From NCBI GenBank assembly GCA_965655975.1, contig CBFHIS010000004.1, forward strand, positions 4,428-68,427: a DNA stretch of 64,000 bases. Reading direction: 5' to 3'. Below are positions 40,727 to 51,225 of this stretch, piece after piece; within the stretch, counting starts at the first letter, position 1; every line of letters starts with the position of its first letter. The DNA is from Wenzhouxiangella sp. Its GTDB lineage: Bacteria > Pseudomonadota > Gammaproteobacteria > Xanthomonadales > Wenzhouxiangellaceae. The notes below the pieces were generated by a model. That model had not been told where the DNA came from and ran no database searches. It worked only from the letters and a program-made list of their open reading frames with translations. A program made the translations under genes and the position numbers.

Positions 40727-41651
40727 TGACCACCTCATGGCCGGCAATGGAGGCAAAAACATCATCAAGCCGACCAGCCTCTAAATGGAATTCTTTAACG
40801 CTACAATGCTCGGTCTGGATCAAAGCCTGCACCGCATTGGCCAGATCTCCCTCACCACTGGGAAACGCGGTTAGCTTGCCGCCGCGGAACTCCACATTAT
40901 TCACCTCTACCAAACCACTGAGCTTGGATGCCACAACCTGAGGTTGTTCCACCACCAAACTCACAGCCCCTGCATACCGAGAACGGGCTCGGACCTCTGA
41001 TGGCGTGCCATCCAGCTGCAACTGACCCTGGGAGATGATCATGATGCGACGACACAAGAGTTCAACCTCTTCTAAGATGTGCGTTGAAATGATGATGATC
41101 TTTGTGTCTGCCATCTCTTGAATCAAACGGCGCACTTGTGCTTTTTGAATTGGGTCCAGCCCATCGGTGGGCTCATCCAAAATCAGAATGGGTGGGTCAT
41201 GGATCAGCGCTTGGGCAATACCAACCCGGCGACCAAACCCCTTGGATAAGGTATCAATGGTTTGTTTTAGGACGCCTTCCAACTCCAACCGCTCTGCCAG
41301 CGCACCAATCGCTTTTGTGGTCTCAGCTCGGCTTAGGCCCCGCACCGCTGCGATGAAGGCCAAAAACTCTTCAACGCGCATGTCCTCATACAAGGGCGCA
41401 CCCTCAGGCAAGTAACCAAGCACCTGGTGTGCTTGGCGCCTTTGCGTGCGGATATCGTGGCCATTGATTAAAGCAGTACCAGACGTTGGCTGGAGATAAC
41501 CCGTGAGCATTTTCATGGTTGTGGATTTACCTGCGCCATTGGGACCGAGAAATCCCAGCACGGTGCCGCCCTCAACTTCAAATGAGACGCGATCAACCGC
41601 CAGCATGCGGCCGTAACATCGAGTCAGCGATTGTGCGAGGATAGATGCCAT
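40719..41651 (-). CDS. GldA-like ABC ATP-binding protein
   Basis: GPNGAGKST, LSKGFGRR, DEPTDGLDP, STH. Confidence 0.93.
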   Translation of the reverse strand: MASILAQSLTRCYGRMLAVDRVSFEVEGGTVLGFLGPNGAGKSTTMKMLTGYLQPTSGTALINGHDIRTQRRQAHQVLGYLPEGAPLYEDMRVEEFLAFIAAVRGLSRAETTKAIGALAERLELEGVLKQTIDTLSKGFGRRVGIAQALIHDPPILILDEPTDGLDPIQKAQVRRLIQEMADTKIIIISTHILEEVELLCRRIMIISQGQLQLDGTPSEVRARSRYAGAVSLVVEQPQVVASKLSGLVEVNNVEFRGGKLTAFPSGEGDLANAVQALIQTEHCSVKEFHLEAGRLDDVFASIAGHEVVNE

Positions 41652-41669
41652 GGGCATACAGGATACCTT

Positions 41670-42767
41670 ATGAAGCCAACCATTCTTGACCATTTGCCTT
41701 CGGGCCTGCTCGACTGTGTCGCCAGCGAGCTCACCACGCTGTTATCTGGCCCTACTCTAATTCACTTACCCGGCCGAAAAACCAACCCATTGGTGGTTTC
41801 GGTCTTGCAACATGGCAATGAAATCTCGGGCTGGGACGCCTTGAGGCGGCTGCTCAAAAGCCGCTACCAGCGAGACCCACTTCCTCGTAGCTTGATCATC
41901 TTAATCGGCAATGTCGAGGCCGCCGCAAAAAATCAGCGCTATTTGCCCCATCAGCCCGACTTCAACCGCTGTTGGCCGGGATCTATAGTGCCGCATACGC
42001 CTTGGCATGATTTGTGGGCAGAAGTGACAAAGCACATCCGCCAATGCCAGCCATTTGCCAGCATTGACATTCATAACAACACCGGCCGTAATCCACATTA
42101 CGCTGCGGTGAACCACATTGATCCACAAATGCTGCACTTGGCCAGTGAATTCACCAAGACGGTGGTTTATTTCACCGAACCAAAAGGGGTTCTCTCCGAT
42201 GCCTTTGGGCAATTTTGTCCTTCAGTCACCCTAGAGTGTGGCCTTTCGACCGATGGTGGCGGGGCCGATCACGCTCTGGCTTACTTGGATCGGGTGCTCA
42301 ACCTTGAAGCCCTCAGCAATGAGTTCCCTGCACCCGAATGCTTAGAGCTCTATCAAATGTTTGCCACCTTAATGGTTCACCCCGATCTGGATTTTTGCTT
42401 TAATGGCTTAGTACCAGACGAGACCAGCGAGAACGTCTTGTACTTTCCAAAAGACCTCGATGCCCATAATTTCTCAGAGTGGCCTCGGGGCTTTTGCTTG
42501 GCCCACTATCGGTCCAACAATCCAAAACCTGTGATTGCGCGCTCGCACTCAGGCGATGACATGACGCATGACTGCTTTGATATTGGAGTCAATGGGATTA
42601 AAACCACCAGACCATTGATGCCCGCCATGCTCACCTTGGACCCGTTCGCCATCCGAAACGACTGCCTGTGCTACCTGATGGAGCGACTCAATATCAATGC
42701 GCTCGTCGCCGGCACCTATCATGAGGCGACACAAACGCCCCTGCCTGAGGTCATTGAGCAACCTTGA
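41670..42767 (+). CDS. M14 Zn-peptidase / succinylglutamate desuccinylase-aspartoacylase family
   Basis: HGNE, DFNR, IDIHN, VTLECG; SD AGGA. Confidence 0.8.
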   Translation: MKPTILDHLPSGLLDCVASELTTLLSGPTLIHLPGRKTNPLVVSVLQHGNEISGWDALRRLLKSRYQRDPLPRSLIILIGNVEAAAKNQRYLPHQPDFNRCWPGSIVPHTPWHDLWAEVTKHIRQCQPFASIDIHNNTGRNPHYAAVNHIDPQMLHLASEFTKTVVYFTEPKGVLSDAFGQFCPSVTLECGLSTDGGGADHALAYLDRVLNLEALSNEFPAPECLELYQMFATLMVHPDLDFCFNGLVPDETSENVLYFPKDLDAHNFSEWPRGFCLAHYRSNNPKPVIARSHSGDDMTHDCFDIGVNGIKTTRPLMPAMLTLDPFAIRNDCLCYLMERLNINALVAGTYHEATQTPLPEVIEQP

Positions 42768-42832
42768 GTGATCTCATGGGGCGACCATAAGGCGCAACCC
42801 CACGCCCCTGCTAAGATGAAGTTCTTTTGGCG

Positions 42833-43954
42833 CTAGCGGTCAGCGATGGCAGACACAGGGCGCGGCTCAGGGCCCGTATAGTCAGCGCTGGGTCTGATGA
42901 TTCGGTTATTGGCCCGCTGCTCCATGACATGAGCACACCAGCCAGTGACACGAGACATCACAAAGATCGGCGTAAACAGGGGCGTTGGAATGCCCATGAA
43001 ATGATAGGCGGAAGCATGATAGAAATCGGCATTGGCAAAAAGCTTCTTCTCATCCCACAAGATTTTCTCAACCGTCTCTGAGACCGGATAAAGAGTCTCG
43101 TCCCCAACGGCCTCTGCCAACTGACCCGCCCAATATTTGATGATGGCGTTTCTGGGATCGCGCTGACGGTACACCGCATGGCCAAAGCCCATGATCTTTT
43201 CTTTGGCTTCTAATTTCGCCATGACATCGGCTCTCGCCGCCTCAACCGATGGATACTCAGCCAACATGGCCATCGCCATCTCATTGGCGCCTCCATGTAA
43301 GGGGCCACGTAAAGAGCCAATGGCGCCCGTCACACAAGAGTGCATGTCAGATAAGGTCGAAGCACACACTCTCGCGGTAAAAGTTGAGGCGTTGAATTCA
43401 TGCTCTGCATATAAAATCAATGACACATCCATGACCCGAGAAAAAAGCTCACTGGGCTCCTGACCATGCAACATGTGAAGGTAGTGCGCACCAATGCTCT
43501 CATCGTCGGTTTGTGTTTCCACTCGAACTCCGTCGTGGCTAAATCGATACCAATAGGCGATGATGGACGGGAAGATTGCCAACAATCGATCCGCAATCTG
43601 CTGCTGTTCCGAAAAGCTCGATTCTGGCTCAATGTTTCCGAGAAACGAACAGCCCGTGCGGAGCACGTCCATTGGATGTGCGCTGGCTGGAATTCGCTCA
43701 AGAACTTCTTTGAGGGCCGGCGGCAGATCGCGCAAAGACCGAAGGACTTGGGTGTAGTCAGCCAGTTCTTGGGCATTGGGGAGGTGGCCCTTTAAGATCA
43801 GATGCGCCACTTCCGTGAACGTCGCCTTCTCAGCCAAGTCATCAACCGCGTAACCTCGGTAGCGCAGGCTATTGCCTTCTGCACCGACTGTGCAGATCGC
43901 GGTTTGCCCTGCCGACTGTCCTCTCAAACCTTGGCCTTGATCTTTCGTGCTCAT
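42833..43954 (-). CDS. prpC: 2-methylcitrate synthase
   Basis: [39 protein letters not shown]; follows prpB. Confidence 0.96.
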   Translation of the reverse strand: MSTKDQGQGLRGQSAGQTAICTVGAEGNSLRYRGYAVDDLAEKATFTEVAHLILKGHLPNAQELADYTQVLRSLRDLPPALKEVLERIPASAHPMDVLRTGCSFLGNIEPESSFSEQQQIADRLLAIFPSIIAYWYRFSHDGVRVETQTDDESIGAHYLHMLHGQEPSELFSRVMDVSLILYAEHEFNASTFTARVCASTLSDMHSCVTGAIGSLRGPLHGGANEMAMAMLAEYPSVEAARADVMAKLEAKEKIMGFGHAVYRQRDPRNAIIKYWAGQLAEAVGDETLYPVSETVEKILWDEKKLFANADFYHASAYHFMGIPTPLFTPIFVMSRVTGWCAHVMEQRANNRIIRPSADYTGPEPRPVSAIADR

Positions 43955-44892
43955 GATTTCTCCTGCTTAAACAATGCGTCCAGTTTTTCTTCAAAGTCGT
44001 GATAGCCCAACACGTCATAAAGCGCATCTCTGGTTTGCATGCGTCCTTCCAACCCGCGCTGGGTGCCTTCGGCGCGCAGCACTTCATAGACCTCAAGGGC
44101 GGCTTTCGACATGGCTCTGAAAGCAGACAATGGGTATAAAGCCAAACCCACCCCCGCACGGCGCAGGTCATCAAGCTCAAGCAATGGGGTTTTGCCAAAC
44201 TCTGTGATGTTTGCCAAGACAGGCACAGGGCACGCTTGGCAGAAAGTCTCAAAATCTTCCAGAGAGCTCAAGGCTTCGGCAAAAATCATGTCCGCGCCTG
44301 AGTCGACATAAGCATGCGCTCGGTCAATGGCACCATCCATACCCTCGTTGGCAAATGCATCGGTGCGCGCCATCACCACAAATTGATCGTTGCGCCGGGC
44401 GTCCACTGCTGCCTTGATGCGATCGCACATCTCCGATGTCCCCACAATGGCTTTGTTCGGCCGGTGGCCGCAACGCTTCGCCTGGACCTGATCTTCAATA
44501 TGCACCGCGGCGACCCCACACCGCTCAAGCACTTGAATCGCCCGGGCAATATTGAAGGCACCACCCCAACCCGTATCGATGTCGACCAGCAAAGGCAGTT
44601 CTGAGGCCGATGTGATGCGCAGAGCATCCTCTGCAACATCAGACAACTGGGTAATACCAAGGTCAGGCAAGCCAAACGAGGCATTGGCCACACCCGCACC
44701 CGAGAGATAAAGTGCTTCGTGCCCTGCCCGTTCGGCCAGCAAGGCAGAGTAGGCATTGATGGCGCCCACCACTTGAAGCGGTGGCTTGGAGCGAACCAAT
44801 TCACGAAAGCGGCTGCCGGGGCAAAGTGAGCTGTTTTTTTGTGACATAGATTGAGGTCGTTGATCTGAGCTTTGGGAGGGTGATTCTACCAC
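43951..44892 (-). CDS. prpB: 2-methylisocitrate lyase
   Basis: LPDLG, DIDTGWG, HIEDQ, KRCGHRP, ARTD (probable ATG start at MSQKN). Confidence 0.97.
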   Translation of the reverse strand: MVESPSQSSDQRPQSMSQKNSSLCPGSRFRELVRSKPPLQVVGAINAYSALLAERAGHEALYLSGAGVANASFGLPDLGITQLSDVAEDALRITSASELPLLVDIDTGWGGAFNIARAIQVLERCGVAAVHIEDQVQAKRCGHRPNKAIVGTSEMCDRIKAAVDARRNDQFVVMARTDAFANEGMDGAIDRAHAYVDSGADMIFAEALSSLEDFETFCQACPVPVLANITEFGKTPLLELDDLRRAGVGLALYPLSAFRAMSKAALEVYEVLRAEGTQRGLEGRMQTRDALYDVLGYHDFEEKLDALFKQEKS

Positions 44893-44932
44893 GCGAGAAT
44901 TGGTGGCCTATTGCGCTTAGTGTTCGATTGCC

Positions 44933-46411
44933 TTAGCGTTCGATCACCCAGGCCACTGTGTTGGCCAATTGCTGAGCCTGGCGCAAGCCCACAAATGGCA
45001 CAGTGATCTCACCTTGGGGCAAAACCAACACCAGACTCGCCAGGCCATGACGGACTTGATAAGGGCTCTGTACCACCCGAATCTGCTGAATTCTCTCCAA
45101 TGCCACACCTTGAATCCGAGTGCCTACCAAGCCACTGCGCACCCACAAATACCCCTCGTCTAGGCACCACCCCCAGCGTCTATAACGACTCGCCACCAAG
45201 ACCCACATCATGACCAGCGCCACAAAAAATACACCTGCGCCTCTTGTTAGCCATTGCGCATTCACAGATGCCTCCGAGCCTGCCAATATCCCGGCCCCAA
45301 TGAGGCCTGCAACAAACAAGAGAGCCAACCATCGGCCTCGCCAAAGCCTTTGATATTTAACACTGATCGCATTGAATGCGCCAGGCCAGGTTGCCCCCAA
45401 AACAGGCGGTGCCAATGACGCCACCTCGATGGGGACCAATCCCAGCAGACGGAAAGCCCGCTCACCACGCCCCTGGGTCAACACATCTTCGCTACTGGTC
45501 TGATGAACCGTTGTGGTCCAAATGCCAAACAATCGCCCCAACGGAGACTGTGTCGCCAAAAGACCTGTGACCCGATCCCTTTGTAGTTCAGAGAGCCGAG
45601 TCGATAAAGCGCCTCTTTGATTGATCAGTTTGTCGGAATGCACCCAAAGGCTCGAGCCCAAATGCACCAACATGGTGTAAAACCCTGTTGCTATAAAAAC
45701 AAGCAGCACAAACGACACAGCCAAACCAAGCACCGTCGCCGGTGAAGCCCACACCGAATCAGCCAAACCATCCAGCCAATTGGCCTGCTCCATGCGGTCG
45801 GTCATCCACTCGATGACTTGGGTCCCCACATAAGCCAATCCGCCAGCCACCACCCAAACGAGCTCACTGCTTAACCCTGCCTTAAATAATCGCCCGGGTG
45901 GCACAGTGATCATGGGTGGTTGATGATCATCCACTGCGGCAGTCTGGCCCATCAAACCGCGCAGATGATTGGCCAAGGACTGTGTGATGCCCGCCAGTAC
46001 AATTTCGGGCTTGGCTTGACCTGGCGTCTGTAGCGACAAAACGACCAAATCGAAGGGCCGAAAATAAAATGGACGGAGCACCTCGATGCTTTGAACGCGA
46101 TCAAAGGCCACGCGCGTCTCAATTTGGTTAAACAAACCCTGCCTGAGGCGAATGTCTTCGCTGGTATAAGTGAAACGAAAGCGCCAATAACCAACCAGTG
46201 AAACGATGGCATACACCAAGACACCAAGAACAAAAATGCCCACTGCCTCAGTGAGACCAAACCGGTCAAGGAAGGCGACGCCAAAGCCCGCACCCGCCAA
46301 TACATAGATATTTTCTTTGATGAACTTGTAGAGCCCTGAGACAAACATCACCCCCACTGCTGGGGCTCTCAAGCGCTCCCAAATGGGGCCTTGCTCAACC
46401 ACCGAAAGCAC
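44933..46411 (-). CDS. YdbT-like membrane protein with bPH_2 domains
   Basis: Three repeats of TM followed by YWRFRF..IRLRQG / QRGALS / RRWGW..LWVRSG..IQQI; follows ydbS. Confidence 0.75.
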   Translation of the reverse strand: MLSVVEQGPIWERLRAPAVGVMFVSGLYKFIKENIYVLAGAGFGVAFLDRFGLTEAVGIFVLGVLVYAIVSLVGYWRFRFTYTSEDIRLRQGLFNQIETRVAFDRVQSIEVLRPFYFRPFDLVVLSLQTPGQAKPEIVLAGITQSLANHLRGLMGQTAAVDDHQPPMITVPPGRLFKAGLSSELVWVVAGGLAYVGTQVIEWMTDRMEQANWLDGLADSVWASPATVLGLAVSFVLLVFIATGFYTMLVHLGSSLWVHSDKLINQRGALSTRLSELQRDRVTGLLATQSPLGRLFGIWTTTVHQTSSEDVLTQGRGERAFRLLGLVPIEVASLAPPVLGATWPGAFNAISVKYQRLWRGRWLALLFVAGLIGAGILAGSEASVNAQWLTRGAGVFFVALVMMWVLVASRYRRWGWCLDEGYLWVRSGLVGTRIQGVALERIQQIRVVQSPYQVRHGLASLVLVLPQGEITVPFVGLRQAQQLANTVAWVIER

Positions 46412-46437
46412 TCAACACATCGACACCTCAATCGACC

Positions 46438-47019
46438 TCAGTCGCTTTTGGGGTGATTGAGTGGATCATGAGCAATCTGATCATCGCCAATTTTGTCGAT
46501 CAATTGTTTCTTCACACTTTTAGCCAACCCACCGGTGAGACCCAACACATCCAAATCTCCACCGCTGCCCCCAGAGGTGAATAGCCTCAGCCGACACAAA
46601 CCAAAAGCACGCTCAACGGGGCCACTGAGGGTCTCCACGTGCTGAATTCTGACAAAAGGCACAATCACTTCGTGTCGCCAGATCACACCATAGCGATACA
46701 ACAGATCGTGTGTTCTGAGCGCCCACCCACGTGCCCGGGCATCTCGCCACACAATGACCCCATCGACCAGGGCAAGTAACGCTAAAAGCAAAGGCAGCCA
46801 CCATTGGTGGGCGATCGGCCAAGCCCAAAGCCGTGGACCCAAATCAGACACCGCAATCAATAGCACCCAAATGGAGCCATGAGAGAAAAGTTGCGACCAC
46901 AAAAAACGTCGATCAATAGAGGCCAAAGCTACCTGCTCATAACGCGGCAGGTCCTCCAGACTGATCGCCTCGTTAACAAATGGAGCCGTCAGATCAGATT
47001 CCACTGCGCTTGATGACAC
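46438..47019 (-). CDS. YdbS-like bPH_2 membrane protein
   Basis: Two TM segments, then WALRTHDLLYRYGVIW..VPFVRIQHVE..GPVERAFGL; GTG 47019 with SD GGAG. Confidence 0.8.
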   Translation of the reverse strand: MSSSAVESDLTAPFVNEAISLEDLPRYEQVALASIDRRFLWSQLFSHGSIWVLLIAVSDLGPRLWAWPIAHQWWLPLLLALLALVDGVIVWRDARARGWALRTHDLLYRYGVIWRHEVIVPFVRIQHVETLSGPVERAFGLCRLRLFTSGGSGGDLDVLGLTGGLAKSVKKQLIDKIGDDQIAHDPLNHPKSD

Positions 47020-48091
47020 GACCGCATCTCCACAATAAATAGTTAACAGCGAACCAAAAATGTTTAAATTGAGGATTACGGGTTTGGCCATGGTGATAGC
47101 GGTAATAGATCTGCTGGGCAATCACTGCCAAACGAAACAAACCGTAAACCTCATAGAAAGCCCACTGACTGGTTTGAAAACCCATCTTTTCACAATAGTA
47201 CTGGACCACTTCTTCTCGAGTGAGCATGCCTGGAACATGCGTCGGTTGACGCCGAAAATTCCTAAAATAGAAGTCGTCCTTGGCCTCTACCCAATAGGCC
47301 ATTGAATTTCCAAGATCCATCAGAGGATCACCGATCGTGGCCAATTCCCAATCCAAGATCGCACGAATCTCAATGGGCTCATCGAGCGCCGCCAGGTTGG
47401 GTTTGAGCACCAAATTATCGAAGCGATAATCGCCATGGATCATACAGAGTTTGGTCTCTGGCGGGCAATGCGCCTGCAACCAGCGCATCACGCGCGCTCC
47501 AGATCCAACATTCCACGTCTTGGCCTTTACAAAACGCCCGCACCATCCCTCGATTTGACGTTGGTTATAGCCAGTACCCTTGCCCAACTGCTCTAAACCG
47601 CTGGTCTGGATATCCACCGAATGAAGATCAATCAGTTGATCAATGGCTGCCAGGCACAATTGGCGCACTCGATCCTTAGGCAACGACAACCCCCGCGGCA
47701 GATTGGAGCGAAGGATCAAACCAGAGACATGCTCCATCACGTAAAACTCAGACCCAATCACCCCCTCATCTTCGCAAACGGCGAGCATTTTTGGGACAGA
47801 GTTCAATGAGGCAGCCAACAAGGATTGGATTCGATATTCTCGAACCATGTTGTGTGCCGAAGCCGCCTTATGGCCCTTGGGTGGACGCCGTAAGACCAGG
47901 GTCTGGTTTGGGTAGGTCAGCTGGTAGGTGAGATTGGAGGCGCCTTTGGGATATTGCTGCACGTCAGGAAGCCCAGGCGCGAGATCAAGACCCTGTTCAC
48001 GGAGCCATTTGTCCAGAGACACCAAATCAAATTGGTCTTCCTCGCGGACTGCTTTTGGCTGGTCCAGCCATTGCTTGTGTTCGTGACTCAT
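46994..48091 (-). CDS. APH-family phosphotransferase (ACAD10/11 kinase-domain / LvaA-like)
   Basis: GASNLTY, VLRRPP, AHNMVRE, HGDYRFDN, LDWELATIGDP. Confidence 0.88.
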   Translation of the reverse strand: MSHEHKQWLDQPKAVREEDQFDLVSLDKWLREQGLDLAPGLPDVQQYPKGASNLTYQLTYPNQTLVLRRPPKGHKAASAHNMVREYRIQSLLAASLNSVPKMLAVCEDEGVIGSEFYVMEHVSGLILRSNLPRGLSLPKDRVRQLCLAAIDQLIDLHSVDIQTSGLEQLGKGTGYNQRQIEGWCGRFVKAKTWNVGSGARVMRWLQAHCPPETKLCMIHGDYRFDNLVLKPNLAALDEPIEIRAILDWELATIGDPLMDLGNSMAYWVEAKDDFYFRNFRRQPTHVPGMLTREEVVQYYCEKMGFQTSQWAFYEVYGLFRLAVIAQQIYYRYHHGQTRNPQFKHFWFAVNYLLWRCGRVIKRSGI

Positions 48092-48138
48092 GCTGACTGC
48101 CTCATGATTTCAGATGGCATTGCAACAGGTAAAAATAA

Positions 48139-49350
48139 TTACGGTGCCAGATAGGGCTTGAGTTCCAAACGTGCGATCAATGCACGGTGCACCTCATCTG
48201 GACCATCCGCCAACCGCAATGCCCGAGCACCCGTCCAGGCCATGGCCAAGGGAAAGTCATCGCTCAGTCCCGCGCCACCATGCATTTGCATCGCCATATC
48301 AATCACCTTGAGCGCCATGCTCGGCACCGCCACTTTAATTTGTGCGATTTCACTCATGGATTTGCGGACCCCATGTTGATCGAGCGACCAAGCCGCTTTT
48401 AGGACCAACAGTCTGGCCTGCTCGATGGCAATGCGTGCTTCAGCAATGCGCTCGCCATTGCCTCCCAAGTCCGATAAACGCTTGCCGAAGGCATGCCTCG
48501 ACACCGCCCGATCACAAGCGAGGCTCAGCGCATGCTCTGCCAATCCAATCAAACGCATACAGTGATGAATTCTCCCGGGACCGAGGCGACCTTGGGCAAT
48601 TTCGAATCCCCTACCAGGACCTGCAATAATTGCATCAAGCGGCAGGCGCACGTCAGTGAAAGAGACCTCACCATGCCCATAGGGTGCATCCAACTGGCCC
48701 ATGGTCTTTAGCATACGCTCGACTTTCACACCTGGTGTGTCCAGCGGCACCAGCACCATTGAGTGGCGTTGATGGCGATCGGCATCGGGGTCTGTAAGCC
48801 CCATGAAGATCACCACTTTACAATCGGGATGCCCCACACCCGTTGACCACCACTTACGCCCATTTAAAACAACTTCATCATTCTCAATGATCGCTGTGGC
48901 CTGCATGTTGGTCGCATCCGAAGAGGCAACATCGGGCTCGGTCATACAAAAAGCGGACCGAATCTCTGCTGCCAGCAAGGGTTTCAGCCAGCGGTCTTTT
49001 TGCGTCTTTGAACCGAAGTGATAAAGGACTTCCATATTGCCAGTATCCGGCGCATTGCAATTGAAAATCTCAGGCGCAATCAGCGAACGGCCCATGCATT
49101 CAGCCATTGGCGCATAGTCTAAGTTGCGCAAGCCTTGACCGAGCTCAGCATCGGGCAAAAACAAGTTCCAAAGACCCAGGCCACGCGCTTTTTCCTTTAA
49201 CGCAGGGATACCCGGCAAAACGCGCCAAGGGTCTTCTTGCCGCGCCATCTCTTGATGCCACTGAGCCTCATAGGGGATCACGTCCTCCCGCATAAAAGTG
49301 GCAAGTCGTTGACTGAGCTCTTGAGCCTTGGGCGATTGCGAAAAGTCCAT
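48139..49350 (-). CDS. Acyl-CoA dehydrogenase of ACAD10/11 / LvaC type
   Basis: GLWNLFLP, NCNAPDTGNMEVL, MTEPDVASSDATN, GRLGPGRIHHCMR, RLADGPDEVH. Confidence 0.92.
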   Translation of the reverse strand: MDFSQSPKAQELSQRLATFMREDVIPYEAQWHQEMARQEDPWRVLPGIPALKEKARGLGLWNLFLPDAELGQGLRNLDYAPMAECMGRSLIAPEIFNCNAPDTGNMEVLYHFGSKTQKDRWLKPLLAAEIRSAFCMTEPDVASSDATNMQATAIIENDEVVLNGRKWWSTGVGHPDCKVVIFMGLTDPDADRHQRHSMVLVPLDTPGVKVERMLKTMGQLDAPYGHGEVSFTDVRLPLDAIIAGPGRGFEIAQGRLGPGRIHHCMRLIGLAEHALSLACDRAVSRHAFGKRLSDLGGNGERIAEARIAIEQARLLVLKAAWSLDQHGVRKSMSEIAQIKVAVPSMALKVIDMAMQMHGGAGLSDDFPLAMAWTGARALRLADGPDEVHRALIARLELKPYLAP

Positions 49351-49362
49351 GCCCCTATCCTA

Positions 49363-51171
49363 TCAGCGGGCCTCGCGTCCTGCACGTTTGCGCTCATGCT
49401 CTTTAAGCAGGCGCTTTCTCAGACGAATATGCGTTGGCGTGACTTCTAAGAGCTCATCATCGGCCAAAAACTCCAGGGCTTGCTCCAAGCTCATCTTGAT
49501 CGGTGGTGTGAGCAAAAGCGCATCATCTTTGCCTGCTGCTCTCACGTTGGTCAACTGCTTTTTCTTCAAAGGATTGACTACCAAGTCATTGTCTCTGTTG
49601 TGTAGCCCGATGATCATGCCCTCATAGACATCTTCGCCCGCCCCAACAAAGAGCTTGCCGCGTTCTTGTAGATTGAATAAGGCATAAGCGACTGTGACGC
49701 CCATGTCCATGCTGATTAAGGTGCCATTGATGCGGGCGCTGAAGCTCTCGGTCGGCTCGCCCCAGTGATCAAACACTCTGAAAAATAAACCAGTGCCGGC
49801 AGTCATGGTCCGGTATTGGCTTTGAAACCCGATTAAACCACGTGCTGGTGCCAGATAGTCCAAGCGAACACGCCCACGCCCATCGGGTTGGATGTCGCGC
49901 AGTTGGGCTTTACGCTCACCCATGGCCTGCATCACCGCGCCTTGATAATCCTCTTCACAATCAAGAACCACTGACTCCCAAGGTTCTTTCGTCTCGCCAT
50001 CGATCTCACGTTTTCTCACGCGAGGGCGAGAGACTGCCAACTCAAAACCTTCTCGGCGCATGGCCTCAATCAAGACCGACAAATGCAATTCACCCCGCCC
50101 CGCCACCTCGAATTGATCGGGGTCCGGGGTATCACTGATTTGTAAAGCAACATTGTGAGAGGCCTCTTGATAGAGGCGCGCGCGCAACTGGCGCGACGTC
50201 AAAAACTTACCTTCGCGACCAGCAAAAGGCGAGTCATTCACTTGGAAGGTCATGTGGATGGTTGGCTCATCCACGGTCAGCACCGGCAAAGCCTCCACTG
50301 CAGAGGGATCGCACAGCGTCGATGAAATTCCGAGGTTTTCAATGCCAGAGATCCCGATGATGTCTCCTGCACTGGCCTCGGGGACCTCTTCGCGTTTTAA
50401 CCCCTTGAAGCCGAGAACCTGCAACACCCGTCCGGTGCTTTTGTTGCCTTCAGCATCAAGCACAACAACCGATTGGTTGGTGGTAACTTTACCTCGACGA
50501 ATTCGACCCACACCAATCAAGCCCACATAAGTTGAGTAGGCCAGTGTCGACACCTGCATCTGAAAAGGGCCATTTGGATCAACGGGTGGTTCCGGGACAT
50601 GCTCAACCAGCGCCTCAAATAGGGGCGTTAGATCACCGGAACGGATGTCTGGCTCTGTGCCCGCATAACCGTTTAAAGCTGAGGCGTATAAGACTGGAAA
50701 ATCCAATTGCTCATCAGTGGCTTCAAGTTGGTCAAACAAATCAAACGTCTGATTCAAAACCCAGTCAGGTCGAGCGCCATCGCGATCGATTTTGTTAATC
50801 ACCACAATGGGCTTGAATCCCATCGCGAATGCTTTTTGAGTGACAAAGCGCGTTTGCGGCATGGGACCATCGACGGCATCGACCAGCAGCAAAACCGAAT
50901 CCACCATCGACAGGACCCGTTCAACCTCCCCACCAAAGTCCGCGTGTCCGGGCGTGTCAACAATATTGATGCGCCAATCTCGCCAATTGATGGCGGTGTT
51001 TTTTGCCAAAATGGTGATACCGCGCTCGCGTTCTTGATCACCAGAGTCCATGACTCGGTCAGTTAGGCGTTCGTGGGCAGCAAATTCTCCCGATTGCCTC
51101 AGCAATTGGTCGACGAGTGTGGTCTTGCCATGATCAACGTGTGCGATGATCGCAATGTTTCTGAGTTTCAT
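49363..51171 (-). CDS. typA: Translational GTPase TypA/BipA
   Basis: [40 protein letters not shown]. Confidence 0.98.
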   Translation of the reverse strand: MKLRNIAIIAHVDHGKTTLVDQLLRQSGEFAAHERLTDRVMDSGDQERERGITILAKNTAINWRDWRINIVDTPGHADFGGEVERVLSMVDSVLLLVDAVDGPMPQTRFVTQKAFAMGFKPIVVINKIDRDGARPDWVLNQTFDLFDQLEATDEQLDFPVLYASALNGYAGTEPDIRSGDLTPLFEALVEHVPEPPVDPNGPFQMQVSTLAYSTYVGLIGVGRIRRGKVTTNQSVVVLDAEGNKSTGRVLQVLGFKGLKREEVPEASAGDIIGISGIENLGISSTLCDPSAVEALPVLTVDEPTIHMTFQVNDSPFAGREGKFLTSRQLRARLYQEASHNVALQISDTPDPDQFEVAGRGELHLSVLIEAMRREGFELAVSRPRVRKREIDGETKEPWESVVLDCEEDYQGAVMQAMGERKAQLRDIQPDGRGRVRLDYLAPARGLIGFQSQYRTMTAGTGLFFRVFDHWGEPTESFSARINGTLISMDMGVTVAYALFNLQERGKLFVGAGEDVYEGMIIGLHNRDNDLVVNPLKKKQLTNVRAAGKDDALLLTPPIKMSLEQALEFLADDELLEVTPTHIRLRKRLLKEHERKRAGREAR

Positions 51172-51225
51172 GAATGGGGTATCCCGACCCTGGGCGCGAA
51201 GAGATCGAAATTATACCTGTATTAC

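Noticed and set aside
46994-48091. Aminoglycoside resistance kinase
   Set aside because: Motifs and pairing with an ACAD10/11-type dehydrogenase indicate a metabolic kinase
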